A stretch of DNA of 64,000 nt from an uncultured Planctomycetaceae bacterium (GTDB lineage: Bacteria; Planctomycetota; Planctomycetia; Planctomycetales; Planctomycetaceae), in contig CAWFAK010000007.1 of the NCBI GenBank assembly GCA_963813715.1, positions 320,001 through 384,000 of the forward strand, given 5' to 3'. Positions 54,399-64,000 of the stretch are shown piece by piece. The notes under the pieces are model-generated. The model did not search any database, was not told the DNA's origin, and worked only from the letters and a program-made list of their open reading frames with translations. The position numbers were made by a program, and so were the translations under genes. The number at the start of each line of letters is the position of its first letter. The first letter of the stretch is position 1.

Positions 54399-54931
54399 GA
54401 AACGAAGTGTCCCGACCCACCGCACCACCGGCCAGCCTTTTTCCACCTCCCGCCCCATCCTGCCCAGCATCCCTGCCATGGAGAGCACCGTATCCGGGCC
54501 AAAAACGCCGTGGTTTCTCCGTAAAACAAACTTGTCCCGTCCCGCAGTCCCGTCCCACTCTTCCCACCCACGCGCCAGGACCCGGGCGAGCCGATCCGCC
54601 GCGGCGGATCAGCTGTCGGGTGCTTCCGGTATGCTCCCGAGCGTTTTCCCGGGCGTTTCTCGGTGAAACAGCGTGTCCCGTCCCATCCCAATCAATCCCG
54701 TCCCGATTGCCGGGGCCTGATCGCCACTCAACGGATCGACACTGACCGGTGGGACTCTCGTCGATGGGTCCATCCCCCTTATATCAAATGTGAGAGACCC
54801 GTCCCGGCGGGACAACTTTAGGAGGACCCGGCGGGACAACTTGTCCCGGCGCACCGGGGATCTTTTTCTCCCTAGTCGAGTCGGGTGAGGGTGATCGTGT
54901 CCCACTCAACTTTGGACATTGGACTTTGGAC
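54399..54931 (-). repeat. GTCCC/GGGAC-rich non-coding repeat region related to 531-725 and 2168-2261
   Basis: 54686-54704 is the exact reverse complement of 531-549. 54656-54684 and 54514-54556 are reverse copies of the GGGACGGGACA..TGTTT..C.GAGAAA motif. Confidence 0.75.
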
Positions 54932-55204
54932 TGTCTGTGCCCTCCGCGCGCACGAAACCGCTCGCGCCGAGATCCGCTCTCTCCATTCAGCCACAAAAAC
55001 GAGAGGCGTCCAAGATCAGTTTCCGCGGAATCCCGGGATCTGACGGCGCGGTTGACTCACAGGAACGCAAGCGGAGCGGGGATCCAGAAGAAGGGTCGAT
55101 CTTCGCTGTTCAGTGAAAAAGGAGTGAGTTTCTACGAAATGCCATCGGAGCAAACGCGACTCCCCGGTCCCCTAGCTAGGCGCAATAGTCGGGGGATGGC
55201 GCGT

Positions 55205-57628
55205 TCATTGGGGGCCGGATTTCGCCCCTTTTTCGAGCAGCATCTTCTCGAGTTGCACATTATGGTTCTGGCGAGCGATTTCGAGCGGCGTCCGTTTGGG
55301 ATTGCCCCCGGCCAAATTCACGTTCGCGCCGCGGTCGATCAGCAGCTTTGCCATACAGTCGCGTCCAAACCACGCGGCAAAGATGAGTGCTGTAGCGCCC
55401 TTGTCGAGGCTCGCGTCGTTGTCGTTGCGAATGTTGACATCGCAACCCGCATCAAGCAATTGTTTGACGATGTTTCGATAATCGCGTGCCGCCGCCACGT
55501 GCAAAGCAGGAAATCCATCGAAACTTTTTGAGTTTGCGAGCGTGCGATTCTGTTTCAGCAGGCGGGCAACTTCGACTTCGTCGCCAATTGCCGCCACGGT
55601 GAACATGTCGAGGCGTGCGCCGTGTTGCCGTAAGAAGTTGATTTCGTTGATGATTAACGCGTTGATCTCACTGACGTCCGCCGGATCGGACTTTGCAGCA
55701 TCGGCATCGGAAATCAATTCGAGGACGCGAGCCGCTTTTTGCAGAGCTGTCGCGCCGTTTTCGGAATAATTCGGATCAGCCCCCGCTCGGATGAGCGTGT
55801 TGAGTATCGGTACCTGCCAGCGTTCCGGCGAGCCGTGGTCCGGGTCGTATTGCGGTTCGGCAACTTTCAACAGGCAGCGGCACAACAACCGTGAGCGCAT
55901 GGCGCGATCTCCCGCCTGAAACTTGGGATGTTGCACGATCGCCGCGACATTGTCGCTCATGAAGGAAGACGCAGCGACGTCTAGGGGCGTGGGATCGGGC
56001 GGTGGACCATAGGTTTCCACATCCGATTTCCCAGTTGCAAAGACGTCGAGGCCCTTGTCGATCAGCAGTTGGATTGTGCCGGGCGTCCCGTACTCGGCTG
56101 CGTAATGCAATGCGGTCGGATTGTCGCAATGCGTTGGCCGAAGGAAGTCGTCGCTCCCCCCGTCTTGCTGGATATATCGCCGGTTCAGGTTCGCGCCGTG
56201 CGCGATGAGCAGCTGAACGACCTGTGGGTGCGCGACGGCATGCGCCATGACCGGATATCCACCGCCGCCAGCGAAATCGTCAACGTCGAAATGATATTGC
56301 TCGATTAACAAGCGGCAGATTTCGACACGGCCGACCGACGCGGCAAGCCTGAGCGGGTTTTTCCAATCGCCTCCGACCGCCGACCGCGGCGATTGATCCA
56401 TCAGCGTTTTGACCCGATTCACGTCATTTAAGTGGATTGCCGCGAACAGGTCGTAGTCCGCGCCGGCCTTGATGTACAGGTCCGCCAGTGCTCGGCATTC
56501 GCGTCGCCGTTCAGCAGAGCGGGCCTGCCCGCCATTCTTCGGGGTTGGCGAACAGCCCCCAGCCCGACGTTGTGTTGCCCGTCAGAGCCGCGCTCGAATG
56601 GTACGAATTGTGGACGCAGCTGTGTGCGGCATCATGCAGCATGGCTTGCAGGACGATGCGACCGCGCCTCCCGCGAATCAGCTCCGGTTTTTTCTCAAGA
56701 AGAAGCGCAACGATCTCCGGATCATGCGCGATCTGCAGCGGCGTCCACTGGTTGTTGTCGGCCGCATTGACGTCGGCGCCATGTTCCAAAAGCCATTTCG
56801 CGACGTCCTTGGCTCCTTCAAAGATCGCGGTGTTGAGCAGAGTTCCGTACTTGTCGTCGCGCTTTGAGACCCAGAACGGATCGGCTTTGAGGATGCGAAA
56901 CGCCTTAGCCGCGAAACCGCGGGACAAGTAATAATGCGGCGAACGCTGTCCCTTCTGAATTCGCACCTCGACGCTTTCGCTACGAATCGCGCCTGTCCAA
57001 TAGTCCGACTCCGATCGATTTGCTGCGGACTCCAATCGCGCAACGATCGAGAACCGATGACCGTTTGCCGGCTGCGGTACGTCAGTCCAGCCTTGCCAGC
57101 TTTCCTGGCAATCGTTCAGCAGGACGTCATAGTCCTGCGTCTGGTGCGGATAGATTTGAAGCGTCCCTGTCCACCACCATGGCTTCCTTCGGGTCTTTTT
57201 CGCCGCCTGCGGGTTTGAGTCGTTCAGCGGAGTTCTGCGAATGATGTACTTGTGACCGGAGTCCAAATCGGTCAGCTCAAAGGACAGTTGGCACCAGCCG
57301 CGCTTTGAGTCGGGGTCCCAGACTTTGATCGGCTGAAGGGTCAGGTTGGTCAGCGAGACGTAAAAGACCTCGTCGAAATTCAATGCATTGCGTTTTTCTT
57401 CGTCGTCGCCGATTTCGAGTTTGATCGCCAGCGGCTTGTCTGGCCGAATCGCTGGAGCTCGCGCGGCGCGGAGGCGCAAGGGTCCGGCGCCTTCGGGACC
57501 GGAGCAGGCGGAGACCGCTGCACAGCCGGCTGCGACGCGCGGCCTTGTGCGATCAGTCCATCACCGGGACGCGCCGCGATGAGCAACAGCACTAAGGCAG
57601 TCCGTGCGACTGGCACGAGGTGGCACAT
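55205..57628 (-). CDS. Secreted ankyrin-repeat protein (several frameshifts)
   Basis: Signal peptide MCHLVPVARTALVLLL. Repeats LLEHGADVNA, TALHYAA, LLDAGCDVN and LIDRGANVN across ORFs 56511-57479 and 55205-56422. Confidence 0.8.
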
Positions 57629-57851
57629 GCATCGCCCCTCAGTTGGCTCCCTGCGTGGCGAATACGAAGCAAGAAAGCAGCTTCTCACTGTCGCACAAAC
57701 CCCAATTCCCCGCAAACTCGGCTCTTCACCCTGCACGGCGGGGGATGAACTTGAAACGGAAACCAGGATGTGACTGACCTTAACGCGCGAACTCTTGAAG
57801 CCCGGTTCGGCGGGCAAGCTGGGACGTTGGCGAGTTGGACCAGATCGAGGA

Positions 57852-58292
57852 CTAACGTGCGAGCTCATGGAGTTCCGCGCGGCAGGCGGCGCTGAAGTCC
57901 AGCAGAGGATCGAAATGGTCGACCTCGAACGTGGCACGGATTTGATCCACCGACAAGTTCGGCTTGGAATACAAATCGACGAATCGATGGCAGCACTCTT
58001 CCGCAGCGGTCAGGACCGTTTGGGAGGAAAGAAGTCGGATGCAACTCAGTTTGGCATACATTTGCACAAACTTATCCGGTCGGTCCAAGGAATTGCTGAG
58101 GGCGTCGATGACAGAGTTCGACGCCTCCTTGATAAATTCCTCATACAGCAATTCACGTCGGCGCAGCTCCTCCACCGCGCGTTCGCGAATGAACTGGCTT
58201 CGCTGCGTCATCCACGTCGTGAACATCGAGCCAGAGGCTCCGGCGAGCGACCCAAGGAGGGCGGCCATGGCCGTGATTATCGAAGAGTCCAT
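57852..58292 (-). CDS. Hypothetical protein with N-terminal TM helix
   Basis: 146-aa ORF with protein-like composition, a hydrophobic N-terminus and a helical body. Confidence 0.7.
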   Translation of the reverse strand: MDSSIITAMAALLGSLAGASGSMFTTWMTQRSQFIRERAVEELRRRELLYEEFIKEASNSVIDALSNSLDRPDKFVQMYAKLSCIRLLSSQTVLTAAEECCHRFVDLYSKPNLSVDQIRATFEVDHFDPLLDFSAACRAELHELAR

Positions 58293-58431
58293 CGCACCGG
58301 CTTTTTTTCAGTTGCCTGTCGTCAAGATCCGCTGTCGATTACGCACGTGCCTTCAATCTTAGCGGCGATCCTAATCGGGGGCAGTGCCGCGTCGGAGCGG
58401 CACCCGCCACGCCTGGCACAGGCGGCCTGCA

Positions 58432-58501
58432 CGATCGTGCTGGTCTCGAAAACCAGTGTGCAAGCAAGTGCACCGTGGGTTCGAATCCCACCCTCTCCGC
58501 T
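58432..58501 (+). repeat. 3' fragment of tRNA-Ser (attR-like)
   Basis: 69/70 identity to 31892-31961. Lacks the 5' acceptor strand and D-arm. Confidence 0.92.
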
Positions 58502-58540
58502 CACAATTGAACGCTTTTCTGATCTCATAACGGCGCCGCA

Positions 58541-58630
58541 ACCTGAGCCGAGAATCGCGTTCAACAGCACGCTGTCCTTCTGATCCTTGGAAGTACATGT
58601 CACGCTGCCGGTGAACGTCGGCGTGTCCGC
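58541..58630 (-). pseudogene. ~90-bp remnant of a paralog of the porin at 47229-48593
   Basis: TPTFTGSVTCTSKDQKDSVLLNAILGSG vs TPTFIGSVKWTSKDQNDSVLFNVILGSG (47637-47726). Confidence 0.85.
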
Positions 58631-58647
58631 ATCAGTCGGCTCGATGC

Positions 58648-60271
58648 CTAAGGCTCGAGCGAAAAGTCGGCTGACGGAACGTGCCGCGGGTATTCCCAGC
58701 GGCCGACGTTGTCGCGGACCCATTCGTAGTAGAACCGGACGCCGCGGTCGGTGGGGCCGGTGCCGTGGCCGCCCATTTCGCCGTGCGGAGCCGTTCCGCT
58801 GTAGTTCGTGATCCCTTGCACGAACGCCGAGTCAAACAGGAAAGCCGCGTTAGGCGCGGCGAGATACTTGCGGCAATCAGCGTAGACCGCGTCGCGGCTC
58901 GACTGGTTGAAAATGCCGTCGTTCTGAAAATAGTCTTCGCGCGTCGGCTCGACGTTCACGACAAAGCCCTGCTTCGGAATCGGCATGCCCTTCCGGATGA
59001 TGCGGACGTCCATCGTCGGGTCGAACTCGCCGGTCCCGGATTTCCCATGTGTGCCGAGGCCCACGGGAATATGCGGTGCAATGGCCTTGAACCAACCGAT
59101 CATCATCGCCCGCTTCCGGGCGCCGTCCGGCTCGCGCAGCAGCAGCTTGTTGGCATTCACGGGATCGTTGAATTCGTCGAGCAGGTTGACGAAGACATTT
59201 CTTAGCCGTTTCTCGGTCACGAAGCGGGCGGTCTCCTCGATGGCGGTCCGCATGGCCGCGTCGTCGTAAAACTCCTGATCCTTGGGCGGCGTGAGCACGC
59301 CGATCATCACCACCATTCCCCGTTTGTCGGCCTCACGAATGAACGACTCGGCGCGGCGGGCGACCTCGGGCAGTAACGTGCCGTGCCGGGTAAAGCCGTT
59401 CAAGGCCGCGTCCTTGCTGGGGAAACCGACGTTGACTCCCTGGAGGTAGGCGCCGACGAAATTGATTCCGTGGGCGTTCATATTGTCGAAGTTGCGAATG
59501 TAGCGCTCGGTGACCGCGTCGCTAACAAACGCGTTCCCGCATCGGAGCCCCCAGAGGTCGACTTCGCGGCCTCCCAGGAATGGCCGCTCGCCCCGGATTT
59601 CAAAGGTCCTTGTCTCCCGCAGCAGTTCAGGCGGCTTCGGCGTCAACGAAGGCGCCGGTGCTTTGCAGATCGTCGAAATACGATTGACTGTCGGACTTCG
59701 TCCACAGGCCGATTCGCCCGTACCCGCGAATCGAATCGTCCTCAAGGTCGATGTTGATCCGGTCATCGAACGTGCTGTGAATCTTGCTCCCCTTCATCGT
59801 CAGGTGCAGCGTGTGCCAGTTCGAGTCGCCGGGAGCTTTGACGCTGGCGAGCTGCGAACGCTTGCCGTCGAGCACCTTGTAGACGCGGAAAGAATCCTCC
59901 AGCGGGTTGTACCTCGTCAGATAGTAACTCTTCGCATTCTTCACGCGCCAGATAATGCCACCACCCTGGTCGACGAATCCTTTGACAGCCTTCACCCGCA
60001 CGCTGACGTCGACGTCGGCATAGAGCACGTCGGTGCGAATGATCACGTTGAAGACGGCGTCTTCGTTCCGTGCCGTCTGCGCCAGCACGTGGTTCCCACC
60101 GTCGTCGATGACCGTCCAGGCGCCGATGGCCGAACGAAACCCCGACGGCGGATGACCGACGGCGTCCGATTGGAAATCCCATTGGCGACCCGCGGCTTCG
60201 TCTTGCCCCGACCCCGCGCCGGCAAAACCGATGAGAATCATCGCCGTCAAAATCGTGGTCAGGAGGCGCAT
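58648..60271 (-). CDS. Secreted protein: DUF1080/ConA-like domain plus glycoside-hydrolase-like TIM barrel (frameshift near 59660)
   Basis: Signal peptide. DQGGGIIWR, YNPLED and GRIGLWTKSDSQSYFDDL, then WGLRCGNA, HGINF, EADKRGMVV and NVFVNLLDE. Confidence 0.7.
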
Positions 60272-60411
60272 ACGTCTCTTTCTAGGGCTCTTTTTCAATA
60301 TCGAGCGGCAAAGCTCTGCCAGGGACGCGGTTCGAGTCGGATTTCGTCTGTGAATCCCCGCGTGAATCTCCAACCGGTGACGACCGAAATGAATCCGATC
60401 GAGCGGCGATT

Positions 60412-61231
60412 TCAGCTCGCTTGCCCGGACGGGATTCTGCGGCTTGATGGCCGCGACCAGGCGGGTCGCGGTCCAGGGGCCGATGCCGTACCAGAAGCGA
60501 ACACCCAGCGATCGGCGGTCGGTGATCGTCAGGCCGCTCGCTGCCAGCTCTTTGGCGTACGTGCGCGTGTAGCGGATGTCGGCGATTGCCAGCTTGCCCC
60601 CCAGCTTGAGCACGCGGGCGGCTTCGCGGAGCGCCTTCGCGCGTTCGCCCGCGCCGGACACGTTGTGAATCGCCAGCGAGCTGACCACGACGTCAAAAGA
60701 GCCGTCGTCGAAGGGCAACTGACGCATGTCGGCCGTGCGCAGCTCGATCCGGTCGGTCACGCCCTCGAGCTCCGCGTTGCGGCGGGTGACGGACTCGGCA
60801 TTGCCCGATTGATCCGTAGCGCTCCAGACGTCGACGCCGACAGCCCGGCCGCGTGGCAGTCGCTGGGCCGCCATCAATAGCACCGCACCGCGGCCGCACC
60901 CGATGTCGAGCAGCCGCTCGTCGCCCTCGAGCTCGAGACGATCGAGCAGCTCGGCCCAAACGGCGAACTTACCCACTCGAGTCGTGTAAACGAAAGATCC
61001 TGCGTTGAGCAGCAGCCAGAGGCCGCCGATGCCCATCGCCACAATCGGAACCCAATGCGGTGCCTCCCCGTCTCCCTCGCTGTGCGAGAGCCGCCATAGG
61101 CACAGCGCGAGCAGGCACACGCCGCCCAGAGCCATCAAGATCGGAGCGTACGGGGCATCGATGCCGTAGGCGCCGCGGCGCGGTGGATGGGGAGGAGTCG
61201 AGGACCGGGAGCCACCAGGCACGCTCATCAT
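60412..61231 (-). CDS. Class I SAM-dependent methyltransferase with N-terminal TM helices
   Basis: YGIDAP, LLDIGCGRG, ADMRQLPFDDGSFDVVVSSLAIH and RVLK.GG. The stop is inferred. Confidence 0.85.
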
Positions 61232-61296
61232 TGAATCTCCCCTGAGAGCCTCCACCGGCGGCACCAGCTCGCCGCCGGTCGGATCGCTCGCGCCGT

Positions 61297-62735
61297 TCAG
61301 AACAGCTCGGTGATCGCTTCGCCGTCGTCGAGGAGTTGGAACGGTCGGTTTTGTCCGTCGACCGCCGTGAGCTCGTGGAGCCCCATCGCGCGATAGACGG
61401 TCTTCGCCACGTGCGCGGGGGTGACCGGCTTATCGGCCGGGTACTCGGCCAGGCGGTCGCTGGAACCGTAGGTCTGACCGCCGCGAATGCCGCCGCCGGC
61501 GAGCACGTCGGTCAGGCAGTGCGTCCAGTGGTCGCGACCGGCTCCGATGGTCGAATTGCTGCGGACGTCGCCGATCTTCGGCTTGCGTCCCATTTCGCTC
61601 GTGACCATCAACAGCGTCGAATCGAGCAGACCGCGGGCCGACAAGTCTTCGATCAACGCGGAAAAACAGCGATCGAATTCGGGGAGCAGGTTTTCCTTCA
61701 GGCAACGGAAATTGTTGCCGTGCGTATCCCAGCCGCCACCGCTGAGACATTTCTTCGAGACCAGTTCGTCCTCCTCCGACCAGAAGACGGTGATAAACGG
61801 CACTCCCACCTCGACGAGTCGGCGGGCCGCGAGCAGGCTCATCGCGTTGACGGTACGGCCATACCGACCGATCGTGGCCGCCGATTCGGACTCGATGTCG
61901 AAGGCCTTGAGCGTTTGCGACGACGTCAACAGCGTCAGCGCCCGGTCATTCTGCGTCGACCACGAATGGACCTTCGCGAAGGTGTCGAGATCGCGGCGGG
62001 CCGCATCGAGTCCCGCGAGCAGTTGCTCTCGTGAAAAAAGCCGGCGCGACGGCACGTCGCTCGACAGCGCCAGGTCGGGCGCCGGAAGTGCGTGGGGTGC
62101 TGGCGATCGCCGAGCACGTAGAGCGGATCGTATTGCACGCCCAGCTTGCCCGCGAATTGTCCGGGCCGCGTGTACGGAGCCTGGCTCGGTTTCCACGGGA
62201 GGGTGACGGCGTTGGGCATGCCACTTCGCGGCGGTTTTTTCGCCGCGACGACGCAGCCCATGTAGGGCCAGTCGTCCGCGAACGGCGTGCGATTGTTGCC
62301 GAGCGAGAGGAACGACGGGTCGGGGACGTGCCCTGTCAGATTGTGATAGTAGCCCGCGTGATGATCGTTGGTGTTGACGGTGCCGTCGATCGAGTTGACC
62401 AGCGCGAGGTGGTGCGCCTGCTTCGCCAAGAGCGGCAGGTGCTCGCACAACGTCACGCCGGGGGCCGAAGTCGCGATCGGCTGAAATTCCCCCCGGTACT
62501 CGAGCGGGGCCGCGGGCTTCATGTCCCAGGTATCAATGTGCGAGATGCCGCCGCAAAGAAAGAAGAGAATCGTCGAGCGGGCCGTTCCCCCCTCTTGGCG
62601 AGTTTGGGCAGCGGCGCTGGGGGCGGCCGACAACAGCCGCGATCCGCCGGCAATGCCCGCGAGTCCGGTTGCCGAGGCGACGAGAAATTGTCGTCGAGGC
62701 GTTTTCAGCGAGAGTTGATGCGGGTCCGACTTCAT
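61297..62735 (-). CDS. DUF1501 domain protein with Tat-like signal (frameshift near 62085)
   Basis: RRQFL, GGISHIDTWDMKP, LAARRLVEVGV, WDTH, EMGRKP and GRDHW motifs. Confidence 0.92.
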
Positions 62736-62861
62736 GCTCCGCGATTCTCCAACGGGCGAGCACACGCCCAGCGACCCAACGTCGCATCAACAAACGTTAA
62801 CGCATCGGACCACTGGCGACAAACAGACGCGTGTCCTGCGCGACCGTGCGGAACTTCAGAG

Positions 62862-62957
62862 GATCCCTCGCTCACGCTTCGGGTTAGTGGAAGACACCTC
62901 GCTGACGCTTCGGATTGGGGAGCCATCTTTACTAACCCGAAGCGTCAGCGAGGGATC
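62862..62957. repeat. Cluster of planctomycete-type REP elements (CCTCGCT(C/G)ACGCTTCGG)
   Basis: 27-bp inverted pair at 62862-62888 / 62931-62957 (1 mismatch), plus a third copy at 62897-62916. Confidence 0.88.
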
Positions 62958-62997
62958 TTCGCTTCGTTCGGCAGGGATCCTCGCTTCGTTCGTTGAC

Positions 62998-64000
62998 TCA
63001 TTTTCCCGACGACGCCCGCCTTTGTGCCAAGGTCTGTGCGAGCTCCTGCTGCACGCCCGCGTCATCCGGGGCGATTTTGCTCAGAGTTTCCAGCCGACGG
63101 ATCGCGTCGTCATAGCGACCCAGGCCGCGGAGCGCCTGCGCCGCCGCCAAATCGCAGGCATACAATCGCGGATCGAGTTCCAGTCCGTGCTCAGCGTACG
63201 CAAGCCCCTGGGCGAAGTCGCCCGTCTTCACGCACAAAGCAGCCAGCCTCAGATAGGCCATAGGATTGTCCGCGTCGAGTTGCTGCGCGCGTTCAAAATG
63301 ACGGCGGGCTTCGCGGTAGTCTCCGCGGTCACTCAGGATGCGGGCGATGCCGTTCTGCGCTTCGACCAGCTCGGGATCGAGAGCAGCGGCGATGCGGTAT
63401 TCCGCATACGCTTCTTCCTTTCGGCCCAGGACCTCATACGCGTAGGCCAGGTCGGTGTGCGCGGACGCGTCGGGTGCGCCAACGCGGATTGCCGCTTGCA
63501 ACTCGGTTACGGCCTCCCCGGGGGCGTTGTCATCCAAGAGCGCGGTTCCGAGGTAGACGCGGATCGCCCGAATTATCGGCCGTGCACGACTGCGCATGAC
63601 GCATGAGGGTCACACTATCGTGCCAGTAGCTCACCTGGGCGAAGGTTAAGCACGCGAGCAACCCGAGCCACGCGAGGCCGGCCAGCGGCAGCGCCCGCTG
63701 GAGAACGAATCCCGCCGGCGCAGCTCCGCCCCCAGCCAGACGACGGCCAGGCAGACTCCGATCAACGGAAAATACGTGTAACGATCGGCCATTTGCTGAC
63801 CCCCGATCTGCACCAGGCCGATCATCGGCACGAGCGTGCCCAGGTACCAAAACCATCCCACGAACAAGAATGGATAACGGCGGATGAAAGCCAGGGTCGC
63901 TGCCGTGACGGCCGTCAGGAACAAAACGGCGAGTGCCAGACTCGTCCAAGGGATGTCGAAACCCGGGTGGGGATAATAGACCGCAAGGTCAACGGGATAG
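62998..64000 (-). CDS. 3' part of a membrane TPR protein (TMTC-like; partial, frameshifted)
   Basis: GWFWYLGTLVPMIG, ADRYTYFP and QVSYWHDS motifs followed by TPR repeats. Confidence 0.85.

Larger units (their letters stand above)
31892..58501. mobile_element. tRNA-Ser-anchored genomic island (~26.5 kb) bounded by 70-bp direct repeats
   Basis: 31892-31961 equals 58432-58501 except for one base (CATGC vs CAAGC). The genes between are accessory. Confidence 0.82.

Noticed and set aside
58394..58501. Possible second complete tRNA-Ser (GGAGCGG upstream could pair with CCTCTCC)
   Set aside because: The pairing has a mismatch, the spacing is ~19 nt too long and there is no D-arm. Treated as an att fragment.
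59627..61264. 545-aa ORF fusing a methyltransferase to a DUF1080-like domain
   Set aside because: An internal signal peptide begins at 60271 and the linker looks non-coding. Read-through is best explained by an indel removing the methyltransferase stop.

Overview
GC-rich bacterial DNA, almost certainly a planctomycete: DUF1501, an ECF sigma/Ser-Thr kinase pair, YHYH and PQQ-repeat proteins, and planctomycete-type REP palindromes. Many genes carry single-base frameshifts, most likely long-read indel errors, so spans are given for the reconstructed genes. The left half holds an IS481-family element inserted at the centre of a REP-like palindrome inside a GGGAC-rich tandem repeat. It is followed by an ECF-kinase module, an FkbH-ACP-MBOAT cassette, rodA, and a uppS-cdsA-pntA-coaX-mnmE-like run. 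A ~26.5 kb island lies between tRNA-Ser(CGA) (31873-31959) and a 70-bp copy of its 3' part (58432-58501), with no intact integrase. The island carries a complete Tad/Flp pilus operon, a Fur-family regulator, a porin, a tripartite efflux set and an ankyrin protein. The most notable observation is the head of the tad operon. A near-consensus sigma70 promoter is directly followed by a CGCAAC-N3-GTTGCG palindrome, opposite a divergent Fur-family gene. The first gene transcribed is a DUF2946/CruR-like protein (His-rich, CxxC, ending in RPPP), followed by an unusually long Flp pilin. I infer a pilus under two layers of metal control, which is untested.
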